This document shows positions 1 to 12,600 of a DNA stretch of 64,000 nucleotides, one piece after another (the stretch's first letter is position 1; each line of letters opens with the position of its first letter). Source of the DNA: Acanthaster planci. Taxonomy: Eukaryota. The notes beneath the pieces are model-generated. The model had not been told where the DNA came from. It saw only the letters and a program-made list of their open reading frames with translations, and made no database searches. The DNA lies in NCBI RefSeq assembly GCF_001949145.1, contig NW_019091358.1:2846535-2910534 (forward strand), written 5' to 3'. The translations under genes and the position numbers were made by a program.

Positions 1-3000
1 AGCAACAAGCGGGAATTCCAGGGGGCAACGTGAAGCCCCACGTTCTGCGTGGGTATCAGACCCAGAGTAGCAGCAGGCGGGAATTCCAGGAGGCGACGCC
101 GAAGTGAGCTGGACATAACGATTAATTGGCTAAACGAGTCTGGTGAGATGCGTGGACGTGGAGAGAGTGAGGCTGTTGGCATGGAATGATAAGTGGTGAA
201 GAGGTTCTGTTGGTTACAGGGGATTGATTTGGGTCAGAGGAGATGGATGAATTAGGCTAATCCTCAAGCATGATCACTTGCTTAAAGAAACCACTGAAGA
301 AAGACTTTATGAAACTGAAACTCATAAGGAGAAGAAAGAAACGGATAAAAGATGGAAGTTTATTCTTTCTTGTAGAAAGATTATAGCATGAAGACAGACA
401 GTGGAGAGCTAAACAATAGTAGGCATTTCTACGCTATAGATTTTACTGTTGCACTGAGTGAAACCAGCCCAAAGTCAGGAAACCAGTTGAAGGGGAGAAC
501 ACCTTCGAAGGTTTAAGTAGAGAGAAACCTTCGAATCACAGTTTCATCGAACAAAGAGAAACAGAGGCACTGGTTTCGACGAATGGATTGGCGTAAATAT
601 CTGCAAAAAGTGTCTCCTAAAGTATGTCTTGTTTTGTTGAGTGAACTTTACTAGGCCTCGGAGTAGCCCTCTTTCTTACAAAGATAACCATGAGTGAATA
701 ATTCACTTGGATGGTCTGTTTGCTGCATTGTGGGATTTCCAGCCTATTGAATTAATTGTGAGGATGCGCGAGTTTACCGTACGTTGTTTGAACTGTAAAA
801 CCAAATAAGCCCCTGATGTTACGTATCCAAGCTTCACATTTGCTCACTGTGTCAGTTTTTGTCTAATTAGCAAAATTATGACATTTAAAAGGTAAATCGT
901 TCTGGTCCTTACATCAGTTTCTGTGTGAAGTAGTTACACCGCCACTGGTTGCTATGGAAATAACCGGAGGCCATGCCAACTGGGTTGCAGCCCAAGGGGT
1001 TCATGGTCAACTAGCGACAAGGCATGGACGGAAACGTTACCATTGTGGTTGCACAACTGCACTGCAATTAAAGATACCCACTTTCCGGTTTCGGCAACGT
1101 CGTCCAACAACTGTCTTAAATTCAGTTTTGGTAACGAATTCAGGACGACTGACCATGAAAATGGTGCAGGCCTAGACATTAGAGGAACTACGAGTAGACG
1201 AGTGGGCAGTGACTGATTCAATGACCAAATATGAAAGCTGTGGCCCTAGTAAATCAAAGTACACTATGTGTGTGTCACTATATTGATCTTTATACTTACA
1301 TGTACATGTAGATCCAAAGCAGTTCAACATAAATGAACTTATGGTGGCTTTCATAAGACGGCTCAGAATGTCTACCCCATGACTCGGCTTTCCCCCTCGA
1401 CAAACCAAAATCAAAAGAAGCCTGCCTAGGGCATTCGTTTCACTTGTGACGGTCATCACGCATATATAATACAGGCAGAGTGAAGGCAAATTCTATAGCC
1501 AAATTCTAAAGCCAGCATATTTTACAGAATTTTTCCAACCAGATGAGCATCCGTTTGGAACTACATGTAATTTAAGTTTCCAAATACATGGTTACTCAAT
1601 AACATCTCCTGTACCGTTGAGCTCATCGTAACCCTAACAGATTTGATGGGGTATAGCTCCATGGGTTTACTAAGCAAGGAGCGTCTCACCGTGTATATTT
1701 AATGAGCAAAGGCATCCTGTATAAAAAAAAATGCAAATTCAGCGGAGATAGTTTGAGGCAAGTGTGCTGGAACTTCATGGTACAGTACTCTCGCGGAGGC
1801 GTGGATTTAGAGGAGACTTGCGCGACGTGTTAGAAATCATCGCATAACTGCGTGGAATGGTCTCTCATCATCTTGAAATTAGAAAATCACCGTTCTGGAG
1901 CGTCGACTAGAATAACATGGGTCGAAATGTCCCCATGAGTTATTTTGCTTGATGGTTGTTTGTCCATGCGCTCTCTCCCCAGATGGTTCATGATCTGCTC
2001 TGTTCGGCTTAGGTAATGTCATCATCACGGCTGGATGCTTCTCACTCTGTAGAATTTTCACATCGCGAACTCGTCCTGTACAATTTCGATTCTTCTATAC
2101 GCAATGAGAAAAAGATTACGCACTGCGAACTTGGAATATTGTAAATCGACTAGATTACGTCCTGGAATCCACTCGAAGTCGTCTTTTTGACAAATACAAG
2201 TATCCAAACCTCCAAGAAAGATCTTTAAGCAGATAAGGCAGTTTGTTAATGGACCAGTCTTAATTAAAGGTTGTGAAACATATCTTTCAACGCCGAAGCT
2301 TTAAAAAACTGAATGTTTGAGAGTAAGAAGAACCCGATTTCATCATTTTTAACCCCCCCATGTTGTACTTCGGGAATCTTCGTTCTCGTGTATAAAAGAA
2401 AGACACAAATCTGCATTCCAAATATCTTTATCTCCATCTGCATTCACTTTTTCGAGTACTAACGACTTTTTTCCAAACACCTGCCGAAGTATTTGGGACC
2501 TTTTTGGGACAGCAGAGTGTCTAGTCACTAAATTCCCACTAACTTGGCCATACCTGTCTTAACACACATGGGATTCATAGATTTATTCAGCACCTGTTAT
2601 CAATGGCCGTGTACCAGTGCACTTCAAAGAAATACAACATTCGGAGGGTCGATTCGATTCGATCAAGCCCTGGTACTCCGAGGGGCTAGCCCTCTGGCTG
2701 ACCATGACCTCAAGTCGAGACTACAACTAAAAACAACGTGAAACTTAAAGAGAGCGGGCAGATTCAGAAAGAAAGTTTAAAGTCACTTTCACCAGGAACT
2801 TTCGTTGGCGTCCATATTTTATAGCATGTTATCATCTGCTGATTCTCCAGCAAGAACAGGAATTTCTTCTAGGTTTGAATACTTTTTCAGCATGGGTTCT
2901 TGATAGTCATGGTCCTTCACAACAGTTTAAGAGAACCAGTAACTGAACCATCAACTGAGCATTATGAAATACTTAATAGTCCACATACTACCCTCATTTT

Positions 3001-6000
3001 CTCTCCCGCCCTACTGACCACCATTTACTTTGTAGCCTCATCTTAAATATGTCGAGAAGAATCAGACGCCCTCTAGTAAAGGCAAAGCGATTTAGGGATT
3101 TTGTCGCCCATCGGAAATCAGAAAGTTTAACAATCCAGTTTCCATTGGATACAAGGGATTGGTTGGGAATCAGAGCTGTGAGGTGTAAGTTGGATTTTTT
3201 AAAAGTTGTCTCATTTTTTACTCATATTTATGTGGCTTTTAAATATAGTTTTTGTCATATTGGTATGTTAGTGTCTTGTATTTTTAATAATGGAATAACA
3301 CTTTTCACGTATTCATGGCCAATAAATGAAATTAAAACTGTTCTAGCTCTAAGTAGACAGTTATAACAGAATTAATATGATGATGATACCTACAACTTTT
3401 AGTACAAGCCAGATTTAATGTAGCTCCGTTCCATGCCCTACATCCATGCATATTTATATCCTATTTTCGAGCGGAAATTCATTTCATGTAAGTTTATCCT
3501 TGAAAAGGAATCTGCCACAGGTGTTTAAAGATGTATCATAATTATATTTGTAAATTAAATTAGAAAATCCGAACACTTAGGCCTACCTTAACTTTGGGCT
3601 TCTTACGCTTTCTCTTTTTACCGTCTGCCGTTTGCACCAGTACAAGCACGCACAACAGGAGTATGAGCAATGATCTGAGCTTCATCGTCAAAACAACAGT
3701 CCAACTCCTCTAACGTTCTCAAACTCCGAAATGCTTTCGCTTGTGGAATGAATATCGTTATCTACTTTCACTTTCAGTCTCAAACAGGACTTCGTTCTGT
3801 ATTAGTCGTTTTGTTGATTGAGTCACGCAGTTACCCACAAAGAGATGTAATCCCGTAGACAACCGCTAATCGGTAACCAAGTTACAACCGAGCTTTGAAG
3901 TCCGTGATCCAGTGTCCCTCCTGTACGTGGCTACGGTGGAATTCTGTGTTCAGCGGGAGTCGAGTGCATTTAACGTTTCCCGTGATTTTGGAACCAGTGG
4001 ACTCAGTGGATCATTAATGATTGAGTGTGGCCATGCTCCTCTCAACCATTTACCAGAGGACCGAGAGGTCGGACCATGAAGTCGTGGTCAGATGCAGCCG
4101 TGGTGCTCTTCGATCGGCTGTTGGTGCTGGTTTGTGCCTACCAGGTGGGTTTATTGGGGTATTATGATCCCATGAATTTATAGCTTTGACATATGTTCGA
4201 GTTTCACTTGGTGATATCCCCATGACACGCCACCGACACTGTGTGATCCCCGGGTCAGCTCCAAAACACCGCACTCTCCCTGAACTCAGACGGGACGTGG
4301 TAGGTACAGGAAAGTAGACATGACCTAGTCCACCGATCACGATTGTCGCTGCGTGGTTATCACAGAGAACCCCCCAATCTCGACGCTCGTCGCCTCATTT
4401 TGAACTTTGACGTATTTATTATTACCGAAAATGGGTCATTCGGGAGACAAGAAGGTGCACAAAATTTTTCCAAATGTACTGTCCCATAAATCAATATTCC
4501 CTAATCCGATCTTAAAGACCAACTCCAACTGTTTTAAAAGTGGTGAAAACGAATTCCTATTGCGTTTAGAGTTTAATAAATCATATATTCATTACCAAAT
4601 CATGTCTGTATTGCGTCTGTATTTTTTGTAATTTTGCCGAAACTTATGAACGTTGTCTTTGAGTTTTATGAAAAATTTCCACAATCTGACCGCTGGTGGC
4701 GCTGTTGAGAAACGGAATTTGTTGGATGTAATACCGGAGAAAACATTTAAACTGGTATCCGTGGCACGACCGGTTGCGCTACGAACGTACATGTACAGTA
4801 CATAGGCCTATACTGTACATGAAAATAGAGCTACACGTGCGTGCACCGCGTGTCAGGGATTGATCTGTGTGCAGGTTCTACTGTGCCGCATTAACTCTTT
4901 TCGGTCGAGAGTTTGTGCTCCTTTCTTCATGACTTACAATAATGTCCAAATCGTGCGTCTTGGTGGACGTACTAGAAATTCTGTGAAAGAACCGGGATTG
5001 AAATTCTTCGAGTTTCCGAAGAATAAGAGCATTCTACATGTTCGTGCTGTCGTCCGTAGCTATGCGTGCTATGGATGCACACTCATAGCGCGTGCACTGT
5101 AGTATTTCCTCTCCACGGTAATACATCACAGAAATCAACATTCATCAGATGCTCATGAGTCGTGACGACACGTCCACTTTTACAACTGCAGACTGGGCTC
5201 CCAGGAAAAATAGGTAACTGTGTTTTATTAACACAAACACGTGTGTTGCAAGGGAGATATTGATATGTGCCAGTGTTATTAGACTTAGTTCTTCTGAATA
5301 GGATTCAATATGAGAAAAATCAACATCGTTGGAGTTGGTCTTTAACCAAACTTTGCATGTTTTCATTTTAGACCCTAATCTATCATCTCTCAAAATTTGG
5401 ATGGTAAAATTCGGCCTCCTCCTGGTAGTTGGAGCATTAAGGAGACATTGAAATGTCTCCCTAATGACCAATGTCTCCCTGGGGTTGAAAAATTTATCAC
5501 AAAGTGTCTCCCAAATGACCTATTTGTGATAATTATTGGATGCCGAACGCCTGTCGAGTGAGTTATCTTTCAAGTTAAGCATATGTTAACGCCTGACGTT
5601 GGCAACGGGCGTAGAACTGCAAATATGCTAGGGACAATTTCTGTGCTAAGGACGAGAACGCTCTACAGGGAGTGTGACATATGATAAAATCATTTTTGGG
5701 TGATCTATGGCCCCATCTGCCTGGTCAAAACGACGGAAGCATGAACGTCGAATCTTTTCCCGATATCTATGAGGCTTGATCCTTGATCCCTTCAATCGCA
5801 AGGCATACCTTTCCCAGAAAGGAGGCCATCTAACACCAGCAGGTGATGAATGAGGATTTTATATCTAGCCTTGTGTTTTCCTACAAATTTTTCTTTTGCC
5901 CAAGCTTCAGCGACGTTGGTTATGCCGACAACTCTCGTTGATGGCGCTGTTTAATCATAGAGTTTATCAGTTATAGAATCTACGGTGCTGGGTCATAGTC

Positions 6001-6791
6001 AAACACCGAACACATTGTGTGTGTCATTCATACGAAACGCGTCTAATAAAAGAAGCGCGGTGCAACAACAATGGACTTTCATTGTTTGTGCACTGTGTTT
6101 CTTTCGTTAGATGCTCGTAGTGTACCATGTGAGGTGACGCATGACATGTCCTCACCCGTTCTGTCGAGGTTTTTCAGTCTGTTTGATGTAAGGCCCATAA
6201 TTAGGCTACACTTGAAGCAGAAGATATAAAGGTTGTCTGAAGTTTTACTTAAGTGCAGTGCGCTATACGAATCAGCTAATGATTTGACAGGTGAAGGTTT
6301 TATATAGGACTCTTAGGTGTAAGAGGTACATTTTTACATGATAGGTTTAAGGTAATTGTTTTCAGAACCATTTTGCAGGATTTTAGTCTAAAAACAGGTG
6401 CATTAGTTACCTAATGTCGTGGTAAAAACGGTAAAGTTTCTACTTAAAATGGACGGGACTAACTTTGTTGGAGTACTTCTGTACCATGCCAGAGTTTTAG
6501 ACATTTCTCCGGTAAAATTATTATTCAAACAAAAAAGAAATAAAAGCAGTATGAGAAGAAAAGGTCAGACAAAAGTAAGTTTGACTTGGGATGGGCAATG
6601 AAGGAAATCACCATTAGGCCTAGTAATGTGACTAAAGGTATATGTGTGCTATATAGATGTAGAATGGGAAGCACCGCGGGCCACAAAACTTTCGACTCAC
6701 TCCTAATGAACGGACTATGAGCTTTTTTTTCTGTTACGTCTTTGTAGGTAATGGAAATATTTTGTAAGATCACAAAAATAAGCAGATAATT

Positions 6792-6961
6792 TATAGACCT
6801 TTACCATGACGCTGCCATGTTTGTCGTGTTCCTTGTGGACCCATTGGCAGTAGTACTACAACTTCACATACTGATAAAAGAAAACAGACTTCGTTCCAGC
6901 GTCAGTTTGGTTACTTTTCCTGATAGAAAGTAAGATGGCTGCCCCGTGATAGAGGTCTATA
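6792..6961. mobile_element. MITE-like element with ~30-bp imperfect terminal inverted repeats
   Basis: TATAGACCTTTACCATGACGCTGCCATGTT ... AAGATGGCTGCCCCGTGATAGAGGTCTATA; about 23/30 complementary by eye. Confidence 0.65.
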
Positions 6962-9556
6962 GAACACTCAGAAGGGAAACCTGGGACAAAAAGGGGGAGC
7001 ACGGTAAAATCATGCATTTTTGTTTACTTGTTTTCTGGGTTTTTTTTCTTTGCCCGGCTCTGATTTTTACAGAATGCGTAACGTACTGCAATGCAAAACA
7101 TAATTCCGCATGTTATTTCTAATTAATCTGGCATGACATGATGGACGATTCTCAGTCCCTCCCGCCCTTGTGGCTAGCATTCTCCCCTCTGATGTAGTCT
7201 GAATCCACTGGAAACAAAAATATTCTGTTGAGATTGTTTTTCAAAAGAGGCAACCAACCCAAACGTCTGCTTTGCCAGTGATTGTTATTTTGTGATTGTG
7301 TGCGAAACGCTCAGCAGGGTCATCCATACTGGCTTTAATTAAGTACATGCTAGAGTGTGACAAACGGCAGGGCGAAGGCCAAAGACTTGCGCACACTGCT
7401 GCACGTTAACAACATGCTGCAAAATTACAACAGACGCAGCGGCCCCACACATCTCCTGAAATTGTCAGGCATTTGGTGTCAGTCCATCAGATTTTGTCTA
7501 ATCTCTCGGTACCCTGGCGCTACCCCTTGATGTTGCAACTTGGTTAGAGTATGTGCTACACAGACTGTGAGTTAATACTTTTACAAATGGCTATTTTATC
7601 ATCCATTTAACGTTGCTATCTCTAACATTTCATCAGTTATAGACTAATCTGATTCGACGCCTTAACTGTGGTGACGCAGTACTCACACCCACATTTTTCT
7701 CCTTGAGGCGAGCGTGCATTTGGCAAATCACTACATGTATAAATTCTGCTGCAATTTTAGCTTTTCATAGAAAATAGTTTCGCATTAAATATTATAAGAA
7801 AGGTCATGATGCTCGTTTGATAACGTCAGTAGAGCCTGTGTTTCAACGATGGAGCTTCCTGCATTTCTTTTTTTCATGGCAAATTGTAAACGGTCGCTCG
7901 ACCGGGGCAGTCGTGGTTGAAAACAATTGATGCAGTCAGTGTTTTCGTGCTCATATTCTTTCTCCTTAATCCATCGATATTCCTGTCATTTCTTGATTAC
8001 TTGTCGTTTCCCTCAGTGGCCCATATATCCCTTTCATATCCCTTTGCACTGGCAGCCTTTACTCACTCCCCAATAAAATAGCACAGTATTTCGTCACTTT
8101 AGTCTTGAAGCCAGTTAAATCGTTGAATATTACGACAAGTGCGATCAAATTTAAATTTTAAAAAAGGGATTGCTTATAAGCCGTCGGTTCTGTTTTCATC
8201 AATCGAAATTGAATTTAAATAGTTATAAAAATGTAAATTTTACCTCAGATTACATCTGCCGATTCACTACAGTGCGAAGTGCATTGACTTTAAATTGATT
8301 GCTTTAACGTTAGTTTGCATTAGTTTGTATTACGTCGAATGGCCAATTTACCAAAGTAATTGTAAAGGGCAAATCTATCCACACACGATTCCACCTGCCT
8401 TTAATCTAATTGCTTGCAATTCCTATCAAAAGGCCATTCATCAACTCCACAAACCTCTGAAAATGTAGAAAGGTTAAACCAACGAGTTACCTGACGGCTG
8501 TAGACGATTTTCAAATGACTTGTGGGGTGGGCCACCCCCTTCCTTCCTTGCGCTTTTATGTGGCGTGAACAGGATATAGAAGTCACATTTGCGTTTTTCT
8601 GACAACACCTTCAGCAGAGGTTGAATATCTTAAGAGGAGGTTGTACGTTCTCCATCGTGACACACTTTGGAGGATTCAGGGTCAAAACTCCCCGTAAAAA
8701 TGAGTTTGGACAGGTGCGGATCCAGTGGTTGAGGTCAACCCCCCCCCGTTCTGACACAAGAAATAAATGTAATAACAAAGATGACTTTAAGTATAAAGAC
8801 GTATTATTTGGACATCAGTAACAATGTAATACATCACTATATTACTATAGGCCTGTGTATTCACTAAGTGGGCCTATCCATATTTTACATATTGTATGTG
8901 AACCATTAAAAAATCTGAGGGGTCTGACATTTTCGGAAAAATTCCTGCCCCCCCCCATGGGCGCACCGGAACTAGTCTTGCAGGGGTGCTACTCTGACCA
9001 CCCATTGATAACCTCTAGGGTCGACCTGTCTTTAAACCTCAATTTCCTAAGGTCAGGCTATTTATAACACCATTCTCGAGGGATTTTTTCACATCACATG
9101 GACAAACATTAACTCGCATCTTTGAAATTATTGGTTTTTAACGAACGGGTCATTAATTATATCGGCATTTGAACGGCTGAGCTGAAAAAGCTCGGATAAT
9201 AAAGGTAGAGCGCTGTTACGTAACATATCTGGCAGACACCACGCATGATTTGTTGGAGGATAGTATGAGAATGTTCTGTTTGATCTGCAGATATCTTTTT
9301 CTGTCATTATTTTGTATAATAGCTTCAGCATATTCAACAACAAGCTAGTAGGCCTACACATCACAACTGACCGAGTGTTACCGCTGTATTTAGGTGCTTG
9401 AATTTTCAGTACAGTTCAGCCCACCCAAGTTTATTTATACAGATATGTTTAGCCGTGTTTTCTGCACTTAAAAATTGCTCGACCATTTCTAGAGTAAATA
9501 TCGATGAGAACAACCACCAGGAATAACCGAGAGTGGGGGATATACAGCAAATCAAG

Positions 9557-9655
9557 ATGTCGGGAAGCGCATCAAGCCACTGCAACCGGCTCGTAGTAAG
9601 AAACGACCTGATTCGCAGCATGCTTGCTGAGACAGCGGGAACATTCACACTAGTC
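9557..9655 (+). CDS. Aquaglyceroporin A exon 1
   Basis: ATG at 9557; MSGSASSHCNRLVVRNDLIRSMLAETAGTFTLV; donor GTAAG at 9656, phase 0. Confidence 0.85.
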
Positions 9656-12600
9656 GTAAGTGCATTCATTTAAATATTTCGTTTGGCTAAATAATATTCA
9701 TATCGAAACAATCTCTTACAGCCCAAAAGGTGTTATGAATTTTTTTATTTATTCATTCATTTTTTTTTTTTTTGCCTTGTTTCTTTTCACAAGTGTAGCA
9801 ATGTATGCTAATGACTGGATAAACGTCCCGATAAGTGTGCATGCTCTAAAAACTGGAAAAGCGACGATCATTTTCTTGCATGTGTTCACTTTCGGGAGGA
9901 GAAGGGGTCAGAGGAAAAGGGCGTTTTGTACTTTCGTGAAATGATGGAAAAGGGACCACCGAAAAGTTGAAGTGATCAGTCATTAAAGCATACCTTTCTC
10001 TGTGGTATAAACAAATAAACATTACATACTTGGAGAAGAATACAGGAGTACTTGCAACAAATCTGAGTGCTCTGACCCCGACTTATGGCATATTAGTGTT
10101 CTTCACAGAGGAACGGGTGGATGTGGCTATCATATCATTTCAGTAGAAATAAGGGACATGATTCGAACAAGATCCTCACACAAAAAATATTTTAAATGTA
10201 CTTAAAGAAAACGTTCAAGTGAACTTTTGAACCTACGGTAATATTGAAATATCGCAAATTGGCTTGATGTAGACGTTAACTTGTCTTCTTGAGTTGGTTT
10301 TATAACATCATCTGTATCACAGATGACGCGGTGTTAAAAAAATTACATTACCGGTATTAAAAGTGAGGGCTACATTGGTCAAGCACACGGTTAAGTAACG
10401 TCGTCGTCGGTCTTTCTGTAGCCTTTGTAAATGCAGTCCTGAATTGGATTCTTTTTATTTATATGAAACAGATATTTGTGGATGGTGGATTAGCCCAGGG
10501 CGTTGTGAGCGGCTGGACATCCGGGACACCTGTCTCGACTGCGTTTACCACAGGACTGGGTGTTTCGTTCGGGATCTTTACCGGCCTCGGAGTGTCAGGT
10601 GCGTGTTGTTACCTTGTTGAGGCATGGCTGGAAAAATGAAATTTATTTAGCGGGCATACAGGCCTACCCATATTAACACACATACTCATACTTAGTTCCT
10701 CATGCCGTGGGACTCAATTAACGAGGTTGAAAAGCTTGATGGTGATACTGTGCATCCCAGTGTAGACCGAACTGGTAGAATGAAGTTTTTTGCCAACTTT
10801 AGAAAAAAATTGAATGCTTTTTGCCTTCGCATGTAACAAAATAATTATAATCTGTGGTAAGAGCAGTTGCAAAGTCCGTCTAACCATAGAGCTTTGTAGC
10901 TCTATGGTCTAGCACACCTGATTCAGTCATCCGTGTGTAAATTCATCTCTTCAGCCATTAACACTTCACTAGATTTCTATGCATAGGAAAAAATGAACAG
11001 ATCAGTTATACCAGGATTGGATCCAGCAATTTTCCGGGGGGGGATCAGGCCGGAGATTATTTTTAAGGTTTCATTTTTGCGAACAACCGGAAACGATGAT
11101 TAAGCATTACATGACATACATTGTTTACAATGGTATTGTTGTACTCACCTATTGAAAATTCAGTTATTTTTAAAAAATTATTTTCCCTTTTTTACCATTT
11201 TGGTTTTTGTCTCAGAGCGGGGTCGGGGTTTGCCCTCCCCCCCGGATCCGCACCTGCAGTATTGTAACACATTTGTGATGGATCAAATTAGAAACGGTGT
11301 TGATTATTGAATATGGACCACGGAGCAAGGTTCCCCAATGGTATTATTCTGGTTAATGCTAGACCTTGACCATTTTTACCAGTTTTAATTACTGACACCT
11401 TTTTTCTTTAGTGTTGATACTCAATTCTGCATCATAAAGGCGAGGTAGTTACCTTCAAGGTTTAATAGATATTCTTGCTTTATTAACCCAGTCCAGGTGA
11501 GGCAGGGGGCCTGTGCAGCTTAATACATGTAAAGTTTATGTAGTGTTTCTTGATATTAATCCTTAGTATAAAAGTTGTGGTGTAAACTTTGAGTGAATTC
11601 TCAGTGTTAATGTGGAACTCTTCGTCATTTCACTGGATTTTTTTTAGGAGGTCACGTGAATCCATCCGTCACCATTGGATTAGCGTCAGTGGGGAAGTTT
11701 GACTGGCGAAGGGTGCCGCTGTGGATTACCGCACAGCTAATTGGAGCCCTCGCCGCAGCAGTTGTAGTATTTGGAATATATTACCGTAAGGTTAAATTCC
11801 TTTCAAATAGAAATTCTATGCTCATGTAAGTGAATATCGTTAAATGCCTCGAAGATTGTCTTTATTAAAAATGATATTTGTCAAGATAATACCCTTTTTA
11901 AATTAGTAATCAAAAGCAAAGTATTGTAGCCCCCTTGTCTATAGAGGCATGATCCCCAGCAGTATGGTGTTTCAGATTTTATGGCTTCCAACTAGCGCCT
12001 CCTCAGCATAGATATTGACAAATGGGAGGAGCCTTTACTATATAATAGGGGCTGGATAGCTCAGTTGGTAGAGCGCCGGTACATGTTCCAGAGGTTGCCG
12101 GTAAATTTACGCTTCTGTCAATGTCTTTGCTCATCTTTATAAATAGGACCCTATCTTCTGAGTTCAGAAAAGAGCACTGTGTCTTCATTGCTCTGCGATG
12201 CTAACGTGTATCTTCAGTTTTCTCATTAATTTAGATGACCCAAAACTGTTTCAGCCATTGTCTCCATTACATATAATTGATCTATAAAGCCAACTTTGGC
12301 CAATCTGACACAATTGTTCATCTTAACATTAATTTTGTTCCTCGAAAATGGCAAATCTGCTGTATTCTTTCATTTGTTTAGCTGGCATCAACAACTTGGA
12401 TGGTGGGAATCGGACAGTATTCGGCCCTACGGGTACAGGAGTAATTTTTTGCTCATATCCACAACCGTACTTCGGAATCTGGTTGGACTGGCAGAACAGG
12501 TGAGTAACTGTAGGTCAATATAGACGAGTGTGTTGCACGATTGGGCTTCAAGTATAAATGGGTCATTCTCCAGATTCTGTGGAGGGAGTTACGCAACATT

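Noticed and set aside
1..1400. Possible decayed retroelement; two copies of AGCA(A/G)CA(A/G)GCGGGAATTCCAGG at about 1-30 and 68-99, then purine-rich sequence
   Set aside because: No protein motif or terminus identifiable, and truncated by the window edge
12047..12135. Functional tRNA gene
   Set aside because: Only the 5' half is tRNA-like; no GTTCRA T-loop and no acceptor-stem pairing
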